Positions 1 to 8,371 of a DNA stretch of 64,000 nt are shown here, in pieces. The notes beneath the pieces were generated by a model. It did no database searches. It had not been told where the DNA came from and was given only the letters and a program-made list of their open reading frames with translations. The stretch is from Myxococcota bacterium (GTDB lineage Bacteria; Myxococcota_A; SURF-8). The position numbers were made by a program, and so were the translations under genes. Where the stretch lies: the NCBI GenBank assembly GCA_965140415.1, contig OZ223209.1, positions 1,856,001 through 1,920,000 on the forward strand. The letters are read 5' to 3'. The stretch's first letter is position 1; the number at the start of each line of letters is the position of its first letter.

Positions 1-1
1 C

Positions 2-631
2 TGGCCGGAAAGTGTGTGCTATTTCCGTTTGCCGCGTAACGAGGCCGGTGACATCGTAAGCGGTTATGTCGGCTGCCGTACGGAAAACGATTTATACTTC
101 GACCGGCAGAAAATGACCATTGATAACAACCCGTTAGATGTATTGGAGAGCGATACCGAATGCAACTGGGATTCCAATGACCGCGCGCTGGGCGAAGTGG
201 AATGCATCGATGATGAAGATTGCCCATCCTGGCATCTGTGCGATTGGGATAAGGGGATGGTTTGTGTAGAAGGCTGCCTGCTAACTGGTTGCGAAGCGGG
301 GCAGGCCTGTGTGCCGTACCGAAACGAATGTACCAGTTGCGAACTGGATTGCCCGCCGGGTTCCGCCTGTAAAATCGGCATGTTTGCCGTCGGTGAGCCC
401 TATCCGACGCTACGACATTGTATTTACGATTGTCCCACCGATTGTCCGCGCGAGCAATGCGATCCGCTGACCGGAACCTGTATGCCTCCCTGTGAGTTAT
501 CCTGTGATGAAGGGCTGGTTTGCCAGTATTATCGCGACGACTATTACTGTCTGCCTCCTTTCGATTCGGACTGTCCGCTGGAATGGGTTCGATCCAATAC
601 CGGAGAATGCATGTCAGAACCGGTCTGGTAG
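2..631 (+). CDS. Cys-rich, probably exported protein, 5' truncated by the window edge
   Basis: Frame is open from position 2. Many short Cys modules (ECIDDEDCP, CPPGSACK, CDEGLVC) typical of disulfide-rich surface proteins. Confidence 0.7.
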   Translation, partial: WPESVCYFRLPRNEAGDIVSGYVGCRTENDLYFDRQKMTIDNNPLDVLESDTECNWDSNDRALGEVECIDDEDCPSWHLCDWDKGMVCVEGCLLTGCEAGQACVPYRNECTSCELDCPPGSACKIGMFAVGEPYPTLRHCIYDCPTDCPREQCDPLTGTCMPPCELSCDEGLVCQYYRDDYYCLPPFDSDCPLEWVRSNTGECMSEPVW

Positions 632-734
632 ACGTTTCGAAACGCTCACCCCCATTTTCCAAGTTGCGCATGACTCTTGACGGCTTGTGAAAGTCGTGCT
701 AAGCACGGGCATCAACTTTGTTTAGGAGGACCAC

Positions 735-1760
735 ATGGGAGCGCAACTGCCGAAAAAATACGCCGACTCAGAGATCAGCCGCCTGTTGATCAGCCAGGGA
801 ATGCAACGCTTGCACCAGGGAAAGGTACGCGATACGTTTGCCTTGCCGAATCACCCGGATCTGCTCTTTTTAGTCGCCACCAACCGACTGAGCATTTTCG
901 ATTTCGTACTGCCGGGCCTGGTGCCGGATAAAGGCGCGGTGCTGACGGCGCTGACCGTGTTCTGGATGACGAACGTATTGAAAGGCATCGAACACCACCT
1001 GGTGGCCTTTGGTTCGGGCATCGACGAATTCTTGCCCGAAGCGGCGCGGGGTAACAAGGAACTTCAAGCACATGCGATGATCGTGCGCAAACTCGACATG
1101 CTGCCGATCGAATGCGTGGTGCGCGGCTATCTGACCGGTTCCGGCTGGGGTGCCTACAAGCGCGGCGGTGAAGTCTGCGGTCACAAACTGGCCGAGAATC
1201 TGCATGATGGTTCCAAGCTGCCTGCACCGATCTTCACCCCCACCACCAAGGCGGAAGAGGGTCACGACGAGCACATCTCCTTTGAAAGCGTGCGTGCGGA
1301 TTTCGGCATGGAGCCGGAGAACTGGACTCTGAATGTATACGGTCAGTTGCACGATCACGCCAGAAACCACGGCATCATTCTGGCCGATACCAAGTTCGAA
1401 TTCGGCAAGGGCGGCGTACTGGGCGACGAAGTCGGCACACCGGATTCCTCGCGTTTTTGGGACATCGGGGAATGGGAAGTGGCGGTTAAGGAGCAACGTT
1501 CGCCGGTCGGCTACGACAAACAGCCGGTGCGTGAATGGGGCAAGACCATCGAAACGCCTTTCTCCTCCGATGGCGCGGCCATCGTGGGCATTCATAAACT
1601 GGATACCGAGGATGCCGAGCACTTGCAGTTCGTTCACGAACAGATCGAAGTGCCCGCCGATGTGCTGGCCGCCACAACTAAACGTTACCGGGCGATCTTC
1701 GAACGTCTGACGGAACAGAAACTGGAAGACTTCCAGCGCGACACGATGAAAATCGTGTAA
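735..1760 (+). CDS. purC: SAICAR synthetase
   Basis: Motifs GKVRD, RLSIFD, PIECVVRGYL.GSGW, FTPTTKA, LADTKFEFG, DEVGTPDSSRFW and DKQPVR; SD AGGAGG upstream. Confidence 0.96.
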   Translation: MGAQLPKKYADSEISRLLISQGMQRLHQGKVRDTFALPNHPDLLFLVATNRLSIFDFVLPGLVPDKGAVLTALTVFWMTNVLKGIEHHLVAFGSGIDEFLPEAARGNKELQAHAMIVRKLDMLPIECVVRGYLTGSGWGAYKRGGEVCGHKLAENLHDGSKLPAPIFTPTTKAEEGHDEHISFESVRADFGMEPENWTLNVYGQLHDHARNHGIILADTKFEFGKGGVLGDEVGTPDSSRFWDIGEWEVAVKEQRSPVGYDKQPVREWGKTIETPFSSDGAAIVGIHKLDTEDAEHLQFVHEQIEVPADVLAATTKRYRAIFERLTEQKLEDFQRDTMKIV

Positions 1761-1786
1761 GCCAGCTACTACTGTTCAGGTTGAAT

Positions 1787-1823
1787 GAAAACGCCCCGTA
1801 CCGGGTTTCCGGACGGGGTTTTC
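1787..1823. terminator. Probable bidirectional intrinsic terminator
   Basis: GAAAAC-GCCCCGT...ACGGGG-TTTTC hairpin with A and T tracts, between convergent genes. Confidence 0.7.
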
Positions 1824-1842
1824 TACTTGATGGGGTTGAATC

Positions 1843-3678
1843 TTACTTCGAAATGACCAGCCAGCTTTGTAGACGGATATTGGCGCCCGAACCGGTGTAG
1901 GGTGCGTCGTTATAGAAGCCCTGATAGTCGAAGTTGTTCGATGCGCCGAGAGTGACCTGATCGGTGATGTCGAAGACTTCCACCGGTACCTCCATACCAG
2001 GACACCAGCCGCTGCGCCCGTACCACCAGGTGCCGTATTGATTCGGAACCGCGCCGACTGCCACCTGTTTCATGCAGCCTTCGTCATCGCCGATATAGGG
2101 GAAGTCGCGCATGTATTCGTGGCCGTTGACGAAAAAGTGGTGGGTGGTATTGCAGAATTCGGCGCAGTTGCCTGGCTCGGACATACCGTGACCGCTGATG
2201 ACGCTGGCCAGTTCCACCTTAACGGCGTCGGCGGGTATGTCGATGGAAATCGGGTCGTACTTGTCGTTGTAGGCGGCGGAAAAATCCCCACCGGTAAAGA
2301 GTGCAACGGTTTCCATCGGGCGCGCTGCTTTGGTCTGATTGCTGAATCGCAGGGAAAGCGAAACGTTGTACAGTTGCGTGGAGTAGAATTCGAAACGCCG
2401 CTCGCCGCCTTCTCCCAACAGTGGCAATAAGGAGCTGACGTCGTGTACCCAGCGTCCTTCGCGGTGATAGGTGGTGATCCAGCGTCCGAATTCGATGTTG
2501 CAGGTTGTAGGATCGTCGGCGTCGCACAGGTACAGATACACCAGATAATCCCAGGGCGGGCAGGTACCGTATTCGCCCACGCCCACACAGTCGAGCGTCA
2601 GATCCAGGCTCAATGTATCGAAATTCGCCATGCTTGCTGCGTCCGGTAGCTGCACCACGGCGCTCCCGCGCGTACCGGCCCAGCCTGTATCGGAAATTTC
2701 CACGTTGTCGAAGATGGGAACGACAGTTGCCTGCTCGGCCTGCATGGCCTGATCGCGCGTCGCCTCGAAGTTGTAGTAGATCGCCTCGTTGGCGGCCATG
2801 GCGAGATTCGGAGCGAACCAGCTCTTGTTGGCGTCGTAGCGGCTGTGATCGGCGAAACTGCCAATATAGCGCACCCGCTGGAAGCGGTCGATGCCCGCTC
2901 CCCAGCGCGGACTAGTCATGATCTCCCCCAGCCAGCCGCCCACGTCGCGGCAGTGCTGGTTGACGTAGTGGATGTGCGACTGCCAGTGCGTTTGCTGCTC
3001 CGTCGTCATGCCTGCCAATACGGCATCGACCTTGATTTTCAAGTCTGCCAGCTTGGCGTCGATGTCTTCCTGCGTGCTGCGGTAGGTCATGAAAAAGACG
3101 TGTACGTTATTGGGTAGCAGTTCGAACAGGCGTTCGGTGTCGCGCTCCCAGATCTCGATCGGCCAGGTCAAGGTCTGCTTGGGAACGTCGGGGATAAAGA
3201 GGTAGCTTTCACAGCCGGTCCAGTGCTCGCGCAGGTTCCAGTCGCCCTCTGTGGTGGGCAGGGTGAAGTCGGCGGCATCGGCTAACAATGTTGCGTCATC
3301 CACCGCTGCTTTAAAGCGACGTGTCGGTTCGCCCAGTTGCAGGCAGAAGGGATGCTCCTGAAACGGCAGATCCGTGTCGCCATCCGTACTATCGCCGTCC
3401 GGTAGGTCGCCGTCGGGCAGGTCGCCATCGAGTTGGTCGCCATCAGATGTATCTCCGTCGGAGGTGTCGCTTTCCGTAGCGTCTCCATCTGCGGTATCGG
3501 CATCCGTCGAGTCGCCGTCGGGTGTTTCGATTTCCGAAGAGTCGCCATCGGTTACTCGGTCGGTATCGCCATCGATAACATCTCCGTCCAGGGAGTCGGA
3601 GGCGTCGTCGCATGAAGCAACAAAAAGCAGCAGGGAGCACAATAACAGGACAGGCAACATCCAGTGGTTATGGGACAT
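1843..3678 (-). CDS. Peptide-N-glycosidase F-related lipoprotein with DGD-repeat linker
   Basis: Lipobox-like FVASC, then a DGD-rich linker. PNGase F-like motifs WDY, EFGRWITTY, SGHG...CAEFC...HHF.VNG and GTWWYGRSGWCPG. Start placed at the ATG of MSHNH. Confidence 0.78.
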   Translation of the reverse strand: MSHNHWMLPVLLLCSLLLFVASCDDASDSLDGDVIDGDTDRVTDGDSSEIETPDGDSTDADTADGDATESDTSDGDTSDGDQLDGDLPDGDLPDGDSTDGDTDLPFQEHPFCLQLGEPTRRFKAAVDDATLLADAADFTLPTTEGDWNLREHWTGCESYLFIPDVPKQTLTWPIEIWERDTERLFELLPNNVHVFFMTYRSTQEDIDAKLADLKIKVDAVLAGMTTEQQTHWQSHIHYVNQHCRDVGGWLGEIMTSPRWGAGIDRFQRVRYIGSFADHSRYDANKSWFAPNLAMAANEAIYYNFEATRDQAMQAEQATVVPIFDNVEISDTGWAGTRGSAVVQLPDAASMANFDTLSLDLTLDCVGVGEYGTCPPWDYLVYLYLCDADDPTTCNIEFGRWITTYHREGRWVHDVSSLLPLLGEGGERRFEFYSTQLYNVSLSLRFSNQTKAARPMETVALFTGGDFSAAYNDKYDPISIDIPADAVKVELASVISGHGMSEPGNCAEFCNTTHHFFVNGHEYMRDFPYIGDDEGCMKQVAVGAVPNQYGTWWYGRSGWCPGMEVPVEVFDITDQVTLGASNNFDYQGFYNDAPYTGSGANIRLQSWLVISK

Positions 3679-3808
3679 TAGTGCGGACCTTTCCAAGGCG
3701 TTATGGTTTCGAGTTGTCTTTGAGCCGGGCGTTGTGGCGGAAAACGTGATTTCCCCGGCTCGCCGCTACAGTGTGCTATGCGGTCCGGGTAAAGTCAAGG
3801 GAAGCCGC

Positions 3809-3837
3809 TTGACAAGCGCCGCCGCTCTTTTTACGAT
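3809..3837 (+). promoter_or_regulatory. Sigma70-type promoter of maf
   Basis: TTGACA-17 nt-TACGAT. Confidence 0.65.
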
Positions 3838-3885
3838 CACACTCGAATGAAAACGGCTTTTTATCTTACGATCAAGCGAGGTCAC

Positions 3886-4479
3886 ATGACATCCACGAAA
3901 CGGCGATTGGTTCTGGCTTCCACGTCGCGCTATCGGCGCAGGCTATTGGAGCGTTTGCCGCTGCCCTTTGAAGTCTGCGCGCCCGAGTACAACGAGCCTC
4001 CGTTGAAACTGGAGCACGAGCAACTGGTGCTGGCTCATGCCGTCAACAAGGCGGGAAGTCTGGCGCGGCGTTTTCCCGATGCCTTGATCATCGGGTCGGA
4101 CCAACTGGTCAGCTTTGAAAACGAGGTGCTGGGCAAGCCGGGATCGGAGCTGGCAGCTATCGAACAGTTGCAGCGCCTCTCCGGCAAAACGCATCGCCTG
4201 TTGACTGCCGTGGCGGTTCTGGATGCCTCCAGCGGTCGCGCCGAAACGGCGGTGGATGTCCACGAAATGACCATGCGCACGCTCGACGAAGCCGCCCTGC
4301 GCGCTTATGTGGCGTTGGACAATCCTATCGACTGTGCCGGAGCCTACAAACTGGAAAAGGCGGGAATCGCGCTGTTCGAGCGCATTCAAGGGCAGGACGA
4401 TACTGCCGTCACCGGCCTGCCGCTTTTATTGCTGGTCAACCTGCTTGCCCGCCTGGGCGTGGAGCCGCTGGGAGTTTAA
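3886..4479 (+). CDS. maf: Maf-family nucleoside triphosphate pyrophosphatase (YceF-like)
   Basis: LASTS.YRR.LL, IIGSDQ, LGKP, LSGKTH and CAGAYK; GAGG precedes ATG 3886. Confidence 0.9.
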   Translation: MTSTKRRLVLASTSRYRRRLLERLPLPFEVCAPEYNEPPLKLEHEQLVLAHAVNKAGSLARRFPDALIIGSDQLVSFENEVLGKPGSELAAIEQLQRLSGKTHRLLTAVAVLDASSGRAETAVDVHEMTMRTLDEAALRAYVALDNPIDCAGAYKLEKAGIALFERIQGQDDTAVTGLPLLLLVNLLARLGVEPLGV

Positions 4480-5894
4480 AAATACTCCTGCAAGCCGCGG
4501 CGCGTGGCTTCGTATGCAAGAATCTCTTCGGGCAGAGGATTCGCCGGTTCCGATTCATTGCTTGAGGTGGATTGCAGTGCCTTTTCCAACTGAAGGCGGC
4601 CCGATTCGGAAAGCAGTGTGTCGGAAAGATGCGGTTGCTTTTCCACAAACAGGTGGAATTTCGGCGTCAGTTTGATTTCCTTGAAAAGACGGCGGTAGCT
4701 GTTCTGGGCCGAAAGCAGCGCTTCGGAATAGGCGGCTTTTATTTCAAGTCCGGTAAAGTCCACTTGCGACCAGAGCCGCTCATGGAAAAAGAGACGATCC
4801 TTTTTGGCGCTAAGAGACCAGGTGGAGCGGTCTGCACCGGCGCTTTCGAAGCGCTCGGCCTGGCGGGCTAAAGCCTCTTCGGAGCCGGAGAGCGTCAGGC
4901 AGCGAATGAAACCGCTGGGAGTGACGCTTTCGTAGGGTTGCGAAATGTGCGGCGCGCTACGGCGTCTGGCGGCAGCGCGCTGATAAAAGTGCTTATATAC
5001 AAACGAGCAGTAGTTGATAGGCAGTTCGATCTTTTCCGCACGAGCGTGGTCCATTAGCGCTAAAGCGGTCGATTCGGATTCGAGCACGGTCACTTTCTCA
5101 CCGTGCAGGAAAGTATAAGGGTGCATCAGCAGCTTGGCGCTGTTAAACGGCGTAAGCCGCAGTTGATGCAGGTTCAGGTGATTCACTCCGGCATCGTGCA
5201 ATTGCGGGAGCAGAGCTTTCAGTTTCTCACGATCTTCGGGAATGGCCGGAATTTCCACCGTGATGCAGTCGATGGTCCCGGCGGCCAAAGCGATTCGGTT
5301 CACATCGTAGTTCACCGCGCTCAGATCGAAGCGCAATTCGTTCAAGCCAGCGGCTTTAAGTGCCTGTGCGCGTTCGGCGGTCAGCAGGGTGCTATTGGTG
5401 TAGAGCCAGATATGCAGCGCGTCGCCTGCGCTCTTCCGAACGGCTTCGATGTAGCGAAGCGACTGCTCGAAGGTCAGCAGCGGTTCTCCGCCGCTGATGC
5501 TGACGCCGCGAAATCCGAAATGGCGGATGTAGGCCACATAGTCCTTCGGTCGCCGAAACGGAATCCGGTTGGTCGTTGGAACGCTGATCGAATCCTGGGT
5601 GGTGGGACAGTAAAAGCAGCGGCAATTGCATTTTCCATTGATGAACAGACAGGACCAGCCACCCTCGGTGCAGATTTTACAACCCGGCGAGAGTGGGCCG
5701 AGATGAGGTTTGGTTCGGTTGCAGGATTGTGTGACGGCGGTGTCCATGGCCGCAAGCAATGCGCTTCGTTCCTGCTCCGCCGTTTCTGCCTTTTCGGGCG
5801 TGACCCAGTTCATATCTGGCGACAACACACCGTATTCCGCTTCATTCGCCACGACGAGTTGCTGTCGAGAGGGAAGGTTTGCTTTTACGAACAT
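4476..5894 (-). CDS. Radical SAM protein (COG2108-like, PFL-activase related)
   Basis: LSPGCKIC..G.W.CLFI.G.CNCRCFYC, SISGGEP and LNELRF. Start uncertain (5894 to 5993). Stop overlaps the maf stop. Confidence 0.8.
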   Translation of the reverse strand: MFVKANLPSRQQLVVANEAEYGVLSPDMNWVTPEKAETAEQERSALLAAMDTAVTQSCNRTKPHLGPLSPGCKICTEGGWSCLFINGKCNCRCFYCPTTQDSISVPTTNRIPFRRPKDYVAYIRHFGFRGVSISGGEPLLTFEQSLRYIEAVRKSAGDALHIWLYTNSTLLTAERAQALKAAGLNELRFDLSAVNYDVNRIALAAGTIDCITVEIPAIPEDREKLKALLPQLHDAGVNHLNLHQLRLTPFNSAKLLMHPYTFLHGEKVTVLESESTALALMDHARAEKIELPINYCSFVYKHFYQRAAARRRSAPHISQPYESVTPSGFIRCLTLSGSEEALARQAERFESAGADRSTWSLSAKKDRLFFHERLWSQVDFTGLEIKAAYSEALLSAQNSYRRLFKEIKLTPKFHLFVEKQPHLSDTLLSESGRLQLEKALQSTSSNESEPANPLPEEILAYEATRRGLQEYF

Positions 5895-6086
5895 GATCGT
5901 TTTTACCCTGTCTGAAAAATAGGCGAGTGACCGCCTGGGCGTGAGCAGCTTTGCCAATTCAAAGCTCGAAACTATTGTAACACAGGGTGTCAATCATGAA
6001 ACGCACGCGCAACAATTTGCGAACGTCTAGTTGGGTTGTATTTTCTTTAACATTATGAAATAATAAGACTATTCTGGTTGTTGTGT

Positions 6087-7058
6087 TCAAGCCGTTGCTG
6101 TTTGCAATGTTTCCGGGGCATCCTCGAACAATCCCATGGCGCGTACCGCTTGACCGCAGTTGCTGCCGATTTCGTCTTCGCGACCATCACCGATACTGAT
6201 GATCACTTCGTAACCGGCTTGCTCCAAAGCCTGGCAGTCGGCGCTTAAACGGTCGGCGCGGTCACCGCGCAGAATGGTTTGCAGGCCGTTTTTGTCACCC
6301 CGGCTGGTGGGATTCAACGGCGTCAGTTTGACGGCGAACACTTCCGGGCTAAAGAGCGTTTGCACTGTTTTCAGGTCGAAGGGAATGTCCATTGCCAGCG
6401 CGAAATTCAACACAGGTTTTCTGTCGCCGGGCCGGTAGAAGCGTTTACCGTAGGCGGCGACCTGCTCCAGACTCCATTTGCGGAAGGGCATCAGCCGGTC
6501 GCGTTCGACCGGATCGGTGGTATTGATGGAAAACTGAAGCTGGAAGCGTCCGAAGTAAATTTCGTTTTTCAGATCCAGCAACTTCTCGAACCACTCGTCC
6601 CGGTTTCTCGGTGCGACGGTGGGCATGCAGCACCACAAACCTTTGGCGCCTTTCAATTCGGGAAGTTCAGGCAGCGCGCGCATGGCGTCTAACACGGCGT
6701 CGTTCAGCGACGGTTCTCCCATGCGGGCGAAATGCACTTTCAGTTTGCCGCAGGTCGAGGGTAGTTCGGGATGGCGTCGCAGAACGTGGCGTACCTGCAA
6801 CAGCAGTTCCTCTTTCGTCAGATTCCCACGAAAATCGCCGCCCGCATCGCAGAAGACGCAACCGACCGGGCAACCGAACTGCGTGGATACATTGACGATC
6901 CACTTGTCCTCGCGTTTGAAGCGCGTATCCAAGCCGTCTACGAATTCAATGGCCGGACCATCTGCACCGCGCATACGGGCCACGAAAACCTCGGCCACAT
7001 CGGGGCGACCGGACACGTTCAGTATTTCCATTTCGGGAGTGACTTCGTTCTGCGACAT
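6087..7058 (-). CDS. RlmN/Cfr-like radical SAM protein
   Basis: STQFGCPVGCVFC, MGEP and C-terminal SNCGQ; SD AGGAGG before ATG 7058. Confidence 0.82.
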   Translation of the reverse strand: MSQNEVTPEMEILNVSGRPDVAEVFVARMRGADGPAIEFVDGLDTRFKREDKWIVNVSTQFGCPVGCVFCDAGGDFRGNLTKEELLLQVRHVLRRHPELPSTCGKLKVHFARMGEPSLNDAVLDAMRALPELPELKGAKGLWCCMPTVAPRNRDEWFEKLLDLKNEIYFGRFQLQFSINTTDPVERDRLMPFRKWSLEQVAAYGKRFYRPGDRKPVLNFALAMDIPFDLKTVQTLFSPEVFAVKLTPLNPTSRGDKNGLQTILRGDRADRLSADCQALEQAGYEVIISIGDGREDEIGSNCGQAVRAMGLFEDAPETLQTATA

Positions 7059-7180
7059 AAAAGCCTCCTGTTCGAATCGTTCCGCAACATTGATAGCGCG
7101 ACGCACACGAGCGCAAGCGGGCGCACGTTACCGAAACGATCGGGATGCTCCGTTGCCGGACCTGACATAATCGTTGAGTA
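7059..7180 (-). ncRNA. Candidate cis-regulatory leader with mutually exclusive pairings
   Basis: GAUCGUU can pair with either of two AACGAUU copies; contains a UCCG-GCAA-CGGA hairpin. See findings. Confidence 0.35.
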
Positions 7181-7186
7181 TGGGAT

Positions 7187-7215
7187 CTTATACCACAGCC
7201 CAAAGTGGAAATCAA
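7187..7215 (-). promoter_or_regulatory. Putative promoter of the RlmN-like gene
   Basis: TTGATT-17 nt-TATAAG, with TG before the -10. Confidence 0.45.
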
Positions 7216-7335
7216 GGACGGTTGACTTTGAATTTGGAAGTGGGCAACAGACAAACCTATGGCGCAGAACGGGAGCCCAATTCTAACGTGAGAAGTGGGT
7301 AAGGTATTGAAATGAAACGAGTTGTGCGACTAGAT

Positions 7336-8361
7336 CTATTTCTTGTTTTGCAGGAAACGAGTAAGCAGTTCATTGGCGGCGCGGGTTGGAGTGCTTGTGC
7401 CGTGTAGTAACGCGTCTTCCAATGAGGGTGCGAGCTTTCGTATACCCGGATGGTTTTTCAATTCCATCATCAGGCGATCTTCAAGCTGGGTCCACATCCA
7501 GTCAAGCAGTTGACTTTGGCGCTTCTGCTGCCAGCCGCCATCGGCCTGCAAAGCACTGCGATAGGCATTGACGGTCTCCCAGAGTTCGTCCAACCCCTGG
7601 TTTTCCAGACCGCTGACCGCCAGCACCGGCGCCTGCCATCGCGGATCGTGAGGCCGCATCAGATGCAAAGCGCTTTCCAGTTCACGCCGGGCTTTATTGG
7701 CTTTAAGCTGATTGTCGCCATCGGCTTTGTTGATGGCGAAGATATCGGCCAACTCCAGAATGCCACGCTTGATGCCCTGTAATTCGTCGCCGCCGCCGGA
7801 AAGCATCAGTAAAACGAACACATCCACCATCCGGGCGACCGTCGCCTCCGACTGTCCCACGCCTACCGTTTCCACGATGATCACGTCGAAGCCAGCCGCT
7901 TCGCATAACAGCATGGTCTCGCGTGTACGGCGCGCAACGCCGCCCAATGTGCCGGAACTTGGCGAGGGCCGGATGAAGGCATTCGGATCGGCGGACAGTT
8001 TTGCCATGCGGGTTTTATCGCCCAGGATGCTGCCGCCGCTGATGGCGCTGGAAGGATCGACCGCCAGCACTGCGACTTTGTGCCCCTGGGCGGTCAGATT
8101 GCTTCCGAAATGTTCGATCAAGGTGCTCTTTCCCGCGCCGGGAACGCCGCTGATGCCGATGCGAATGGCCGCCCCAGTATGCGGTGTCAACCGCACCAGT
8201 AAATCCTGAGCCAGTTGCTGACGGTCGGGATGGCGGCTCTCGATCAGCGTGATGGCCCGCCCCAAGATGGCGCGGTCACAGGCCAGCACGCCCCGAGCGT
8301 AATCATCCAGATCCAGATGTTTGCGCCGAGGCGGCAGGGCAGGTGGTGTAGAGCGACTCAT
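7336..8361 (-). CDS. meaB: Methylmalonyl-CoA mutase-associated GTPase
   Basis: GISGVPGAGKST, AVDPSS, GSILGDKTRM, ETVGVGQSE, GDELQGIKRG and NKAD. Confidence 0.96.
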   Translation of the reverse strand: MSRSTPPALPPRRKHLDLDDYARGVLACDRAILGRAITLIESRHPDRQQLAQDLLVRLTPHTGAAIRIGISGVPGAGKSTLIEHFGSNLTAQGHKVAVLAVDPSSAISGGSILGDKTRMAKLSADPNAFIRPSPSSGTLGGVARRTRETMLLCEAAGFDVIIVETVGVGQSEATVARMVDVFVLLMLSGGGDELQGIKRGILELADIFAINKADGDNQLKANKARRELESALHLMRPHDPRWQAPVLAVSGLENQGLDELWETVNAYRSALQADGGWQQKRQSQLLDWMWTQLEDRLMMELKNHPGIRKLAPSLEDALLHGTSTPTRAANELLTRFLQNKK

Positions 8362-8371
8362 TACAAATCCA

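Noticed and set aside
5929-5940. GACCGCCTGGGC resembling the 3' part of a ZTP riboswitch
   Set aside because: On the wrong strand for the adjacent gene, and the 5' half is missing.
7135-7175. SRP (4.5S) RNA gene
   Set aside because: Only the helix-8-like core resembles it, with an altered stem; the long flanking helix is absent. Kept as a leader candidate instead.
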